A DNA stretch of 63,862 nucleotides, the filler included. It is 5 parts of 5 records of this genome, joined end to end, with 100 filler letters (N's around TTAATTAATTAA, not from the genome) between each part and the next. Parts side by side here need not be neighbours in the genome. Positions count along the whole stretch, not along the records: positions 14,722 to 22,574 come from SRR20825006_120; positions 22,675 to 33,783 come from SRR20825006_121; 3 more parts are not named here. One strand, written 5' to 3'. The position numbers were made by a program, and so were the translations under genes. The first letter of the stretch is position 1, and every line of letters starts with the position of its first letter. The notes below the pieces were generated by a model, which was not told the DNA's origin, ran no database searches, and saw only the letters and a list, made by a program, of their open reading frames with translations. Positions 22,343 through 32,826 of this stretch are shown one piece after another.

Positions 22343-22376
22343 CGGGTACGGCCCATCCCCACGAGAGCCGTACCCG
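22343..22376 (-). other. Stem-loop between lsrB and the aldolase
   Basis: CGGGTACGGC...GCCGTACCCG, a perfect 10-bp stem. Probably stabilises the mRNA or partly terminates it. Confidence 0.6.
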
Positions 22377-22388
22377 TTTATCCAAAGA

Positions 22389-22574
22389 TTAGAAATCGAA
22401 ATCGTCGATATTGTCTTTGGTAAAGACAGTGCGGTTCGGCAGCAGGATGATGCCGTTGCCGTCTGCTTCGTAGTCGTAGCCCTGAACGCTGTTCGGGGAA
22501 ACTTCAACGGTACCAACACCCGGAATGTCGAGCGTATCGCCAACATTCATCGGACCGCTATCAAGAACGTGGTT
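22389..22574 (-). CDS. lsrB: AI-2 ABC transporter substrate-binding protein, C-terminus (5'-truncated)
   Basis: Not in ORF track. Translates as [61 protein letters not shown], closely matching the enterobacterial LsrB C-terminus as I recall it ([23 protein letters not shown]). Confidence 0.82.
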   Translation of the reverse strand, partial: NHVLDSGPMNVGDTLDIPGVGTVEVSPNSVQGYDYEADGNGIILLPNRTVFTKDNIDDFDF

Positions 22575-22674
22575 NNNNNNNNNNNNNNNNNNNNNNNNNN
22601 NNNNNNNNNNNNNNNNNNTTAATTAATTAANNNNNNNNNNNNNNNNNNNNNNNNNNNNNNNNNNNNNNNNNNNN
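22575..22674. other. Artificial contig spacer
   Basis: N run with TTAATTAATTAA. Confidence 0.98.
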
Positions 22675-25035
22675 GAGCCGTTCTGAAAAGTCGGGCTGTT
22701 CCAGTGTTGGCGCCGTTATATTGATGCTCAGTTGAATACTTACCCCCGCTTGTTGCCACGCTGCCAGCTGGCGCAGGGCTTTCTCGATAACCAAGTAGTC
22801 GATTTGTGGCATCAAGCCTGACTCAGTAGCAATGCCCAGGAATTTGGCAGGGGCGATAAAGCTGCCTTCGTCATCGAGCATTCTGACTAAGCTCTCACAA
22901 TGACTAATGCGCTGGCTTTTGAGATCGATGATCGGCTGGTAAAAAAGGACGAGGCGGTTATTGTTCAGTGCTTGTACAAGCTGCTCTTTCAGTAAGTATT
23001 TTTCCTGCCGGTTTTCACGGCTGTCCTCTTCATCAGCATAGTAGACATGACCCTTGGCCTTATTTTTCATTCTTTGCATCAAGGACGTGGCATTGGAGAG
23101 TAATTCGTCCACAGTGCAGGCATCGCGTTCGTACTTGTCGACGATGACCGTCGCGTTAATAGACTCGGTATGATTGCCGAGGGTTATTTCAAAGTGACTG
23201 ATGGCATCGAGCTGCTGCGGTGAGGCCGGAGGCTGTGAGGCAAGCAATACACAGTATTCCCCCGATCCGGTGCGCGCTAGCAAGCACGAGTTATCGAGGA
23301 TCTGACTAATATGGTTCGCGAATTTGCGTAGTAGGTCGTCACCGCAGTCAAAGCCGAAGCGGTCGTTGAACTCAGAGAAATTGTCGATATCGACCATGAT
23401 CAGGCTTATGGCTTGCTCGTCCTCAAGCAGGTGAATTCGACGGTCGGCCTCTTCAATAAAGGTACTTCGGTTAAGCAGTCCGGTGACTCGGTCGTGTTCG
23501 CCTAACCAGCGCAGGCTTTCCTCGGCACGTCGGGTTTCGGTAATGTCTACGCCCAGAGACAGGATCAGCTTTGTACTGTCTAACTCAACAATTGAGTGAG
23601 TCCAAAGGAAGTCGTGAATTTGCCCGTCAGCCGCGAGGAAGGGCAGTTCATTTTGAAATTTCCGCTGATTTTTATCGGCCATATTTCGCAGCGAATTGCT
23701 GAGCGTGACATCGCGCTCCGGGTCGCGAACCCACTGATTGATATTGGCATTGACGGGTAGGTTGCTATTTAAGCCGCTGAGCATGCGTCCCATCGCGTTG
23801 ATGTTCTGAATCGTGCCATCCAAGCGGTGTGTAACGACGACCATCGGCGAGTTTTCCAGCAGCATTTCATTAAACTGCTTGGCTTCTGTTAGGGCGTGAA
23901 CCTTGTCTTGAAGTTCATACTGGTGGCGGGCGATATCCTTGTTGAGCAGTTCCAGCGCATCGGTTACCTGTTCTGCCGTGTCGTGTAAGAGGTCAATTTC
24001 GTCAGCATAGTGGCGATGTCGTGGGACGGTGCTGAGGGCCTTGCGTGCCTCGTCAAATCGCGAGGCAGATAAAAGAGGCAGGGTTTCGGTAATCGTATTG
24101 AGCTTGCTCAGAGGAGGCCGCAGCGTTAAGTAGACGACGATAATAACGAGTACCGACGTGGAGAGGGCGGCAATGAGTATCTCGCGCAGCGTTGCTCTCG
24201 CTAGCGAGGAAATATTTGATTCGTCAGAGATAATGGCCAGATGCAGGTTGCCGTTCGGCATTTCAAAATAGCGTGCCCCAAGGTAGGCACCATTTGTCGA
24301 CCCAAAGAATGTGCCCTTCGAAAGGAGGGTTGAGCCGCTCGTTGCCAGTATGCCCGCCAACATCTGGGCGCTTTTGTTGCCGTGACTGGAGAGTAGTGTT
24401 TGTTGGGCGACATCATCGCTTTCTGCCGATGAAAAAATAACCAGTTCGGCGCCAGTAATATCAAAAAAATCTTCAACTAACAGCGAGGCTGAGCGATTGA
24501 TGTTTACAATTAATTCGTTGCCATCATCGTTTATTAGTGGAATAAAAACGCTTTGCGTACAGCTTGGGTTACAGGTTATCGAGGCGTGCGGTCGCTGGTT
24601 TTCAGTAATACTCGCTACCGCGAGCTGAATGTCCTGCTCACTGGGCTGGTAGCTTGTGCCTTCAAGGTGTGCTGACGCTAAGATGGCCCCGTTTATCGAT
24701 ATGAATACCACAGAATCGATGCCCGACATTAACGACGGCGGCGGTACATTGTTGTTGCTAATTGCTTCGATACTGGGGAGCTGGTAGTGATCGGCGCTGC
24801 GAAATAGCTCGCGGCTTGAGCGCTCAACAAGGGTTTTAAAAGTGGATTCCAGCCGCTGCAGGCGCTTGTGCACACCGGCTTCATAGTCATTTAGGGTGTT
24901 GTAGTAGGTGAGCGCCCCCCGACCAAACATGATCAGCGTGATCATAACGAAAATGATGGCGCACAGTTTTTGAAATAGGCTCAGCCCCTTCACAGTCTCC
25001 CGCAGTTGTGCGGAGTGCGGCAGTTTTGAGTTCAT
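22675..25035 (-). CDS. Membrane sensor with PAS, degenerate GGDEF and EAL domains (3'-truncated)
   Basis: 2 TM segments flanking a periplasmic domain, PAS, HDRVTGLLNR...DIDNF..FND.FG...GD, active site ARTGSGEY, then FYQPI...ESLVRM. Confidence 0.88.
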
Positions 25036-26168
25036 TAGAAACGGTAGCCGACCATGACCGCGAGCATTTCGGTTCGCTCACGGGTGCCATTTGGGTTGTC
25101 TATGTCGGGAATGCCTCCGGTGCCGCGCATGCCTAACAGGTCGGCAGCAATCGTCCAGTTTTGCGATGGTGACCATTTTGTGCCGACCACGAGGTGCTGT
25201 GTATCCGTCGCGTTGCGGTTATCACGATCGTTCACGCTGTATTCTACGCGGCTATGTAAGCTGATTTTCGGTGAAAGCCGGTATTCAGCCTGAAGGTAGG
25301 TCGCTTCAATATCGTTCTTGGCATTGCCCAAGCGCCCGGCTTCATATTTGACGGTGGTGAGGCTGTATTCCGCAGTAAATGACCAGTCCTGCAGGTTGTG
25401 CTGCGCTGACAGCACGTAACCACTGGCGTAAAGATTTAGACCGTCAGTGCCCATAAAGTTGGTGTCGAAGTCTAAGCCAACATTGTACATCGACAGAGCG
25501 AAGCGGCTGCGTCCACCTGACATCGCGTGAGAAAACTGCGCAAAAATGGGGTGATCGAGACTACCCTGTGCAATTAACTGAGAGGTTGATGTGCCGAGCA
25601 AGTTCTTAATAACATCTTTCGACAGGCGTTTATTCCGCCCTGCAGTCAGCGAAAAGCTGGTCGTAGAGTCTTCGGCGTCCCAATAGCTATAGAGTTGAGC
25701 GCCATCAGATGAAAACAACAGCTCTCTTAAGCCGTTGCCCTCGTAGTAGATCGCTTGCGGCATAAGAATGCTGGGCCGGGTAAATAAGACATCCCTTGTT
25801 TCATTGTAAAAACCGTAGGCATTGCGAACGCGTCCCACACGGATGCCCAGTCCGGTGACATCATTTTCTATTGCTTTATAGTCGGCAAAAAGAAAATCCA
25901 CGCGAAGGCTGCCGTTGTCGGTGGCGCCGGCATCTCTGCTAAGTAATTGCCCGGCAAAATTGAGAGAGTTGTTAAGCCGCCAATTCGCGTTCAGGCCAAT
26001 TTCGGTCAGTTCGGTAGACCCGCGTTGGCTGTCGCCGTAAAAATTGTTGCTGTCACTAAGCAAGTAACCTTGTGACGCAAAGCCGTGAATTTGCCCACCC
26101 GGGATTTCCAGCGCTTGTGTCGCGGCTGGAATAAGGGCGAGTAGCGAGACAATTGCAAATTTATTCAT
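25035..26168 (-). CDS. Outer-membrane porin-like beta-barrel
   Basis: Signal peptide, IHGFASQGY, GRVRNAYGFYNETRDV..TRPSI.MPQ.IY, C-terminal GYRF. Stop overlaps the next start (TAATG). Confidence 0.75.
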   Translation of the reverse strand: MNKFAIVSLLALIPAATQALEIPGGQIHGFASQGYLLSDSNNFYGDSQRGSTELTEIGLNANWRLNNSLNFAGQLLSRDAGATDNGSLRVDFLFADYKAIENDVTGLGIRVGRVRNAYGFYNETRDVLFTRPSILMPQAIYYEGNGLRELLFSSDGAQLYSYWDAEDSTTSFSLTAGRNKRLSKDVIKNLLGTSTSQLIAQGSLDHPIFAQFSHAMSGGRSRFALSMYNVGLDFDTNFMGTDGLNLYASGYVLSAQHNLQDWSFTAEYSLTTVKYEAGRLGNAKNDIEATYLQAEYRLSPKISLHSRVEYSVNDRDNRNATDTQHLVVGTKWSPSQNWTIAADLLGMRGTGGIPDIDNPNGTRERTEMLAVMVGYRF

Positions 26169-26632
26169 GGCTGTAGTCCGGTGGGCACGATGGCGTAGTA
26201 CTGCTGCTTATTTACCGATAATTCGCCAGGCGCATATCCAATGGCACCAGGAGTAGAGGTAACAATCCTCCGCAGCTCCTCAATATCTTTTACTGTGGTT
26301 GGCGGTGTCCCCACGCCGCTGAAAATCACGCGATCCCACTGGTCTCGAAGAACATAGGGGTAGATTTTCAGTACCGTTTTGCAGAAGTTTTTATGCAATG
26401 GATGGTTGTCGGGTAGTACAAAAACCTTGATAGGTGTTTGGTTTTCCCAGCTACGCTTTCGCAAGGAGAATATCGCCCGCAGGGTGCTGGTGTTGAGCTT
26501 GTCGACATTCACGCTTTCGTGTGCGATGAGCGTGACGGGGGTGCCCGCCGATGAAAAGTTGCAGGCGAGGAAAGACCACAGCAGCAAGGTTGCTACAAGC
26601 CAGCGGGGGCGATTAAGTGACCCTATGCCCAC
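26165..26632 (-). CDS. Small periplasmic PBP/PstS-like domain protein
   Basis: Signal peptide, LRAIF..RKRSW, VFVLP...H..F, V.STPGAIGY. ATGA overlap with the porin. Confidence 0.75.
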   Translation of the reverse strand: MGIGSLNRPRWLVATLLLWSFLACNFSSAGTPVTLIAHESVNVDKLNTSTLRAIFSLRKRSWENQTPIKVFVLPDNHPLHKNFCKTVLKIYPYVLRDQWDRVIFSGVGTPPTTVKDIEELRRIVTSTPGAIGYAPGELSVNKQQYYAIVPTGLQP

Positions 26633-26799
26633 AGTGCTGTGGCCTCCGTATTAGTTAGGGTCGATTAAGGAGAGGAATCATCGACCCTTGGCGTCATGCA
26701 CGAGTATTTCGGTTTCGGAGATGGTTACTCATTCTCGCGAGGACGTCTGTTAGGGTAAACCGAAATAAACGTCCTTCGTCCACCTACTATAGACCGCAA

Positions 26800-27522
26800 C
26801 TACGGTTGTTGCATGGTGTGTAAGCGCTGGGCCAACTTTGCATTGAAGCGCATGATTCTCTCGGCGTTCGCGCCGAGATCACCCTTGCCAACGCGTGATA
26901 CGGAGCGCAGGTCGATTTTGCTGCCATCCTCGGTTTCTTGCAGCCGGATGACGATGTCGTCGGTAAAGCCAAACCAGAAACTTCGGCTTGTCGCCTCTAT
27001 GTGGCCGCGTTGTTGGTAGTGTATTTCCCAGCCCATGTCCTGCGCGGTGATGATGCAGAGTTGCTGAGCGCGATCCAGCGGCAAGGCAGTGGTAATACCT
27101 GCGAGATCTGGGTAGGCCGCGCGCTGTATGTCAGCGACCTCTTGGCTGTAGCGCAGCGGGTTGTCGCCCGGCTTGCGTAACGACGCTGCTGCAATGAAGC
27201 TCGGCGGTGACACCAGGTCAGTACTGATGTTGTGGATCAGAGGGCGATTACTGCCGGAAAGGATATTGAAGGCCATAAAACTGATGGCGGGTAGTGCAAT
27301 AACGGCGGCGCGGCTAAGCTTTTTTTGATCATTTGCATCTTTGCAGCGACGGCTAAATAGGGCGGATAGTGTGATGGCGCTTAGCGAGAAAAGTGCCGAA
27401 GCGGCAAAAATCAGCAGCCCCACTCTAAAATGGGCGAGGTCGGCGCGCACGGTAACGGCGCTTGCTACCAGCATGATCAGTGATAAATAGGCGAGCCTCT
27501 CGGCCAGATAGACGATGCGCAT
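26800..27522 (-). CDS. DUF1499-domain membrane protein
   Basis: 3 TM segments, then IHNISTD..PP.F, AYPDL, FGFTDDIVIR, DLRSVSRVG.GDLGANA.RI. Confidence 0.85.
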   Translation of the reverse strand: MRIVYLAERLAYLSLIMLVASAVTVRADLAHFRVGLLIFAASALFSLSAITLSALFSRRCKDANDQKKLSRAAVIALPAISFMAFNILSGSNRPLIHNISTDLVSPPSFIAAASLRKPGDNPLRYSQEVADIQRAAYPDLAGITTALPLDRAQQLCIITAQDMGWEIHYQQRGHIEATSRSFWFGFTDDIVIRLQETEDGSKIDLRSVSRVGKGDLGANAERIMRFNAKLAQRLHTMQQP

Positions 27523-27758
27523 TGTGTCTCCCGTGTCGCAGAATAGGTGGCTAGCACGCTGAGCGTAGTCGATACAAAGGATAATTAAAATGACTTGCAG
27601 GCGGTGTTTTTGCCACTGAATTCTTACCAAAGCGTAATTGCGTCGCGCTATGTTTTTTCACGATAGCGTGATTTACTGTTCTGGTTATAGATGTGTAACT
27701 CATCGCCAGTGGGCCGCTCCACTGGCGAGACTAATTTAAGAAGAAAGAGGTTTTTACG

Positions 27759-28535
27759 ATGGGTAGAGTCGCCGGGAAAGTCTGCATTGTGACAGGCGCT
27801 GCAAGTGGAATGGGTAAAGCTGACGCAATCATGCTGGCCGCTGAGGGCGCGAATGTCGTGCTGACCGATCTCAATGAAAAAGATGGCCAAGCAGTGGCCG
27901 AACAGATCGGTGAGAAAGCGATATTTATCAAGCACGATGTGAGCAGTGAAGCGGATTGGCAAAATGTTGTGAATACCGCTGTGGAGACGTTCGGCCGCTT
28001 GGACGTGTTGGTAAATAACGCTGGCATGATGGCTCTGGGCAACATTGTAGAGTGCAGTTTGGAAGACTATCGCCGGGTAAACTCGGTAAATAGCGAAGGG
28101 GTATTCCTCGGTTGTAAAACGGCGATTCCCGCTATGGAAGCCAGCGGCAATGGCGGTTCGATTATTAACATGTCTTCAGTGGCGGCACTGCACGGTATGT
28201 CTTTCGTTGCTGCCTACAGTGCCAGTAAAGGCGCTGTGGCTGCATTGACTAAGGCAGTGGCGCTGTATTGCCGAGAAAAACGCAACGGTATTCGATGCAA
28301 CTCCATTCATCCCGATGGCGTGAAAACCCCGATGGTATTCAAAGTTGCCACCGGTGCTGAAACCGCTAGCCGCGAGGAGATTGAGTCCTTGTCTACCGAG
28401 GCAAACCCAATGTGTGAGCCCGAGGATATTGCCGCGTTGGTAACTTACCTGGCCTCGGATGAGTCTCGTTTTGTCAACGCCGCAGAAATGCTGATCGACA
28501 ACGCCGCTACGGCAACGCCACCCATCGGTATTTAA
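27759..28535 (+). CDS. SDR oxidoreductase (hydroxysteroid/cyclic alcohol dehydrogenase-like)
   Basis: TGAASGMG, NNAG, YSASKG, IRCNSIHP. Confidence 0.9.
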   Translation: MGRVAGKVCIVTGAASGMGKADAIMLAAEGANVVLTDLNEKDGQAVAEQIGEKAIFIKHDVSSEADWQNVVNTAVETFGRLDVLVNNAGMMALGNIVECSLEDYRRVNSVNSEGVFLGCKTAIPAMEASGNGGSIINMSSVAALHGMSFVAAYSASKGAVAALTKAVALYCREKRNGIRCNSIHPDGVKTPMVFKVATGAETASREEIESLSTEANPMCEPEDIAALVTYLASDESRFVNAAEMLIDNAATATPPIGI

Positions 28536-28557
28536 TTTAGCAAGGGGCTCTCTGCCA

Positions 28558-29253
28558 ATGCGCAAGATACAAATTTTTTTGTGGGCCTCTGGGTCTGCCG
28601 AGGACTTTTTTGACCGTGTATTGGCGGATGTTCCGCCCGCGCTGCTGGCGCTGGAGGGGCTGAGCCGCCTGCAACTAAACCTTGCCGATGGCGACGTTGC
28701 GGCGGCCGCTGAAAAGCGTATCGCCAGCGACGGCGTGGCACTATTTGATGCAATGTGTAGTTTTTATTGCGAGGCTGATGAAACGCTTGATCAAGCCATA
28801 GCGGTGCTCGCAAACGTGGCGGCTAAGGTTGCGGTGTATCAGGTGGAGGCAGAAGAGCCTCTACGAAATACCCGGTATCCGGTTGCAGCTGGGCAGCGCA
28901 CCCCGGGTTTTAGTCAGGTGGCACTGCTGCGTTGTCCCGAATTTCTGACATACGAGCAGTGGTTGGGCTACTGGAAAAATACCCACACCCAAATTGCCAT
29001 CGACACACAGTCCACCTTTCGCTACGTGCAAAATCGTGTGGTGTCGGGGCTGAACGAGGACGGTGGCGCCTATCAGGCGATCGTCGAAGAGTGCTTTCCT
29101 GCTGAGGCAATGACCAGTGCAGAGGCGTTCTACAACGCAGATGGCCAGCCCGAGCTCTGCCAGCAGCGTATGCAAGCCATGCTGGAGAGTTGCGCGAAGT
29201 TCATCGACTTTAACGAAATCGATGTTCAGCCCACCAGCGAGTACTGTTTTTAA
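28558..29253 (+). CDS. EthD-domain protein
   Basis: GQRTPGFSQVALLR.P..L....W...W...HT, YVQNRV, AIVEECFP. Confidence 0.75.
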   Translation: MRKIQIFLWASGSAEDFFDRVLADVPPALLALEGLSRLQLNLADGDVAAAAEKRIASDGVALFDAMCSFYCEADETLDQAIAVLANVAAKVAVYQVEAEEPLRNTRYPVAAGQRTPGFSQVALLRCPEFLTYEQWLGYWKNTHTQIAIDTQSTFRYVQNRVVSGLNEDGGAYQAIVEECFPAEAMTSAEAFYNADGQPELCQQRMQAMLESCAKFIDFNEIDVQPTSEYCF

Positions 29254-29272
29254 CCCACGCCTTGGCGGCGGC

Positions 29273-30082
29273 TCAATCTTCTTTGGGTAGTTGTTTTAAT
29301 ATGGACTCGAGCTTGTCTGCCAAAAAGCGGCTTGCCGCGTAGTCCATGGCCCGACCTAATTCCGCATCTACTACAATTTGAGCGAGGGGGCGCAGGCGCC
29401 ATACTAACTCGGCAATTTGCGGAAACTCCTCTTTGGGCGGAAGGGGCTGTTCACCGTAGGGCTCGAGCACATGCTGAGTGACCAGTTTTACAAAGGAGTC
29501 TGCGACGGGCTGAACCTTGCCCCGCATTAGGGTGAGGATCTCCAGCAGATCCTCGAGTGGAATACCGGTTTTACACAACTCCTGGGCGACCTTAAGGGTG
29601 TTCATACTGGTCACCCGCAGTTGCGCGCCGTTGACCGAAAATAAGTCCAACTCAGCCGCTTTTTTTATTGCTGTCGGCGTCAGTTTGGTGCCAAACATTT
29701 TTACCATTTCGGTCATTGGCAGGTTGATTGGGTCTTCCTTCCCCCAGGGCGAATTTATCGCCGACTCCATTCCCAGTACTTCGCTTAGGCCAATGCCTTG
29801 CTCCATTGCCGAGAGCAGTTCCCTGATTGAGGAGAGGGTATAGCCACGCTCCAACAGGTTACTAATTAGTCGCAGTCGCGAGAGGTGCTGGTTGTTGTAA
29901 ATGCCTTTGCGGCCGCGCAGCGCGGGTGGTGGCAGGACACCGCGGTCCTGATAGGCGCGGATGTTGCGAACGGTGGTGTTCGCCGCCAAAGCCAACTCCT
30001 CAACACTGTATTCACGTTGCTCACTGTCGCTCGTGGCATTGGCCTCCGCCCCTTGGGGCAGGTATTGAGCGATGTTGTTCAT
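29273..30082 (-). CDS. MerR-family HTH regulator
   Basis: YSVEELA.AANTTVRNIRAYQDRG.LPPP..RGR...Y...HL.RL. Start moved to ATG 30082. Confidence 0.88.
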   Translation of the reverse strand: MNNIAQYLPQGAEANATSDSEQREYSVEELALAANTTVRNIRAYQDRGVLPPPALRGRKGIYNNQHLSRLRLISNLLERGYTLSSIRELLSAMEQGIGLSEVLGMESAINSPWGKEDPINLPMTEMVKMFGTKLTPTAIKKAAELDLFSVNGAQLRVTSMNTLKVAQELCKTGIPLEDLLEILTLMRGKVQPVADSFVKLVTQHVLEPYGEQPLPPKEEFPQIAELVWRLRPLAQIVVDAELGRAMDYAASRFLADKLESILKQLPKED

Positions 30083-30240
30083 GGTGTCTTCGGGGAAATG
30101 CATTGGCTTTTTGCTGCTCGGACTGGGTTGAAGGCTTGGCAGGCGTACATGAGCTGCCATGAAAATCTATTCTAATCAAAGGCTTGAGTAATTTCAGCCC
30201 CGGGTGCATGTCGGTACTGCACAAAAATACCGTCACTGTG

Positions 30241-30290
30241 TTGACAAGGCGACGGTCGCCATTTATGTTTCATCAAATAATGTAACATAA
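30241..30290 (+). promoter_or_regulatory. Sigma70-type promoter overlapped by an 11-6-11 inverted-repeat operator
   Basis: TTGACA (30241)-17 nt-TATGTT. The operator TTATGTTTCAT-N6-ATGTAACATAA spans 30263-30290. Confidence 0.65.
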
Positions 30291-30317
30291 TAAATTGCAA
30301 CATAAGGGCGTGTCATA

Positions 30318-32792
30318 ATGGGTAGTTTTAGCATATTACGCGCGGGCGGCATAGCGCTGGCCTGCGCCGTTCCGGTGTCTTCGTTTGCGGCGAAACTTGA
30401 GGAGGTGCTAGTCACTGCCCAGCATCGCGAGCAAAGTTTGCAAGATGTGCCCGTTTCCGTGAGCGCCATCGGCGGCGAAAAAATGCTCGAAGCGGGCATT
30501 AACCGCATGGAAGACCTGCAGGCCTACGTCCCCAATCTTACCGTCACTGAAAGTGGTATCAGCACCGATATCTACGTGCGTGGTATCGGCACCGGCATGA
30601 ACCAGGGGTTCGAGCAGTCGGTAGGGATGTATGTAGACGGTATTTATTATGGGCGCGCCCAGTTAGCCCGCGCGCCTTTTCTCGACCTTGCGCGCGTTGA
30701 AGTGTTGCGCGGCCCGCAAAATATTCTGCAGGGCAAGAATAGTATTGCCGGGGCGATCAATATTATTACAGCGTCGCCCGGCGATGAGCTTGAGGGGCTG
30801 TTCTCCGCGCTTTACGAACCAGAATTTGATGAGAAAGTGGTCGATGTGATGTTGTCGGGGCCAATTACCGACAATTTTGGTTTGCGGTTTTCTGCGCGCT
30901 TGCGGGAGTTTGGTGGCTACATGGAAGACCTCAATTTAGATATTGAGGGGCCTCAGTACGACCAGGCCACGTTTCGCTTGAAGGGCACCTGGGATGTGAC
31001 TGACCAGCTGCGCGCCGAGTTAAAATACGAGCGGGGCAAGTTTGACACTGTGGGGCGTCACGCGGAGATCATCAACGATGAACCTTCGACGTCGAGCAAT
31101 TTTGTCTTGGCGGGGCGCACACAATCGGAAATTCTCGATCGCAGCTTTTATCCTCCTTTTTTGGACGTTGATACCGACGACTCGGTTCGAAATAACTATC
31201 TCGACTACAAGGGGCATTCCAACGGGAATTACAGCAATAACGACACCAATAACCTGACGCTGAATGTCAGCTGGGTTAGCCCGGATGGTCATGAATTTCG
31301 GTCTATCACAGGGATTCTCGATTACCAGTACAACGACCTGTGCGACTGCGATGCCACTGCCGCAGAGTTGTTTAAGTTTGAGATGGAAGAGGACTACCGT
31401 CAGGTCAGTCAGGAGTTTCGCTGGGTCTCTCCCGGTGGGGAGTTTGTGGATTATATCGCCGGGGTGTATTTCCAGCAGAACGACTTACTATTCAATGATG
31501 AGTTAATTCAAGACTCGAATCTGGTGGTAGAGCTGTTAAATGCCGCCGACTTTATAGAGGGCGGTGCCAGGGGCGATCTTGACCCCTTAACACTGGCGGC
31601 AGACCCCTACGAAATCCTGGGTTTTGGTGATGCGGGGAATGCTATTAGAGACATTAAAGGCCCCCGGGAATTTACCAGTAAATCCAAAATTGCCTCGGCG
31701 TTCCTGCAGGCAACTGTCAACCTGCACGATACCTTGCGGTTAACCCTCGGTGGCCGCTATACCTATGAAAACAAGAAGGGAAGCAGAAAGCTGACTATTA
31801 CGGATCTTGATGGCAATGAATTGCCGCAGGGTGAGGTAGACACGGTGGCAGCAATCACCTTTGCGATGGAGCGCCATGACTTACAGGGCGAGCGCAGCGA
31901 AAGCCAGTTTTCTCCGCTGATAAATGTGCAGTGGGACTATTCCGATGAGGGCATGGCATATTTCACGGCGACAAAAGGCTTCAAGGCAGGGGGCTTTGAT
32001 GCGCGCTCTAACCAAACGCCAGAAGCTGAATTGACCTATCGCAATCCCAACGCACTCGCACCGAATCAAACCATTCTCGAGGGCACCTTCGAATACGATG
32101 AGGAGGAGGCCCTGAGTTATGAGTTGGGCCTGAAAACCGGCCTGTTTGACGGTGCGGCAGAGTTTAATATTGCCGCGTTCTACACCGAATACAGCGACCT
32201 GCAGATCAGTATTTTTGATGGCAGCATCGGCTTCCAAGTGGGGAATGCCAAGGAGGCTGTGACCATGGGTATCGAGATGGACGGTCGCTGGCAGGTTACA
32301 GACTATCTCACTCTCGGGGGAGCGCTGGCCTTGCTCGATTTTGAATTCAAAGATTTCCAAAATGGTCAGTGTCGCCAGGACCAGGCGCCCGACGCCCCCA
32401 ATGGCCGCGACTGCGATTATACCGGGTGGTCGAACCAGTATGTGGCGGATTGGTCGGGTACCTTTATTGTGGGTTACGTTCGACCTATCAGTCCCACCAT
32501 CGGCATTGGCGCTTCGCTGGATGTCATTTTCACCGATAAATACAACCCTTCCAGCAACCTTGACCCGCGCGTTGAGCAAGAGGGTTTCTACAAATTCAAT
32601 GGCCGTTTGGGCGTGGGGGCCATTGACCAAAGCTGGGAGCTGGCGCTGGTTGGCAAAAACCTGACGGATGAAGTGATTGTCGTCTATGCCGCCGATACCC
32701 CACTTGCCAAGACACTGTTTGGCACGACCAGTCACACAGGGTTTATTGAGGCTCCGCGTTCAGTTGCCCTGCAATTCAGTTACCGCCTGTGA
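30318..32792 (+). CDS. TonB-dependent receptor
   Basis: LEEVLVTAQ.RE.SLQDVP, RVEVLRGPQ....GKN..AGAINI, TKGFKAGGF, C-terminal SYRL. Confidence 0.93.
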   Translation: MGSFSILRAGGIALACAVPVSSFAAKLEEVLVTAQHREQSLQDVPVSVSAIGGEKMLEAGINRMEDLQAYVPNLTVTESGISTDIYVRGIGTGMNQGFEQSVGMYVDGIYYGRAQLARAPFLDLARVEVLRGPQNILQGKNSIAGAINIITASPGDELEGLFSALYEPEFDEKVVDVMLSGPITDNFGLRFSARLREFGGYMEDLNLDIEGPQYDQATFRLKGTWDVTDQLRAELKYERGKFDTVGRHAEIINDEPSTSSNFVLAGRTQSEILDRSFYPPFLDVDTDDSVRNNYLDYKGHSNGNYSNNDTNNLTLNVSWVSPDGHEFRSITGILDYQYNDLCDCDATAAELFKFEMEEDYRQVSQEFRWVSPGGEFVDYIAGVYFQQNDLLFNDELIQDSNLVVELLNAADFIEGGARGDLDPLTLAADPYEILGFGDAGNAIRDIKGPREFTSKSKIASAFLQATVNLHDTLRLTLGGRYTYENKKGSRKLTITDLDGNELPQGEVDTVAAITFAMERHDLQGERSESQFSPLINVQWDYSDEGMAYFTATKGFKAGGFDARSNQTPEAELTYRNPNALAPNQTILEGTFEYDEEEALSYELGLKTGLFDGAAEFNIAAFYTEYSDLQISIFDGSIGFQVGNAKEAVTMGIEMDGRWQVTDYLTLGGALALLDFEFKDFQNGQCRQDQAPDAPNGRDCDYTGWSNQYVADWSGTFIVGYVRPISPTIGIGASLDVIFTDKYNPSSNLDPRVEQEGFYKFNGRLGVGAIDQSWELALVGKNLTDEVIVVYAADTPLAKTLFGTTSHTGFIEAPRSVALQFSYRL

Positions 32793-32826
32793 GCGCCGAG
32801 CGGCGCACGCTGAAAGAGGACAGATA

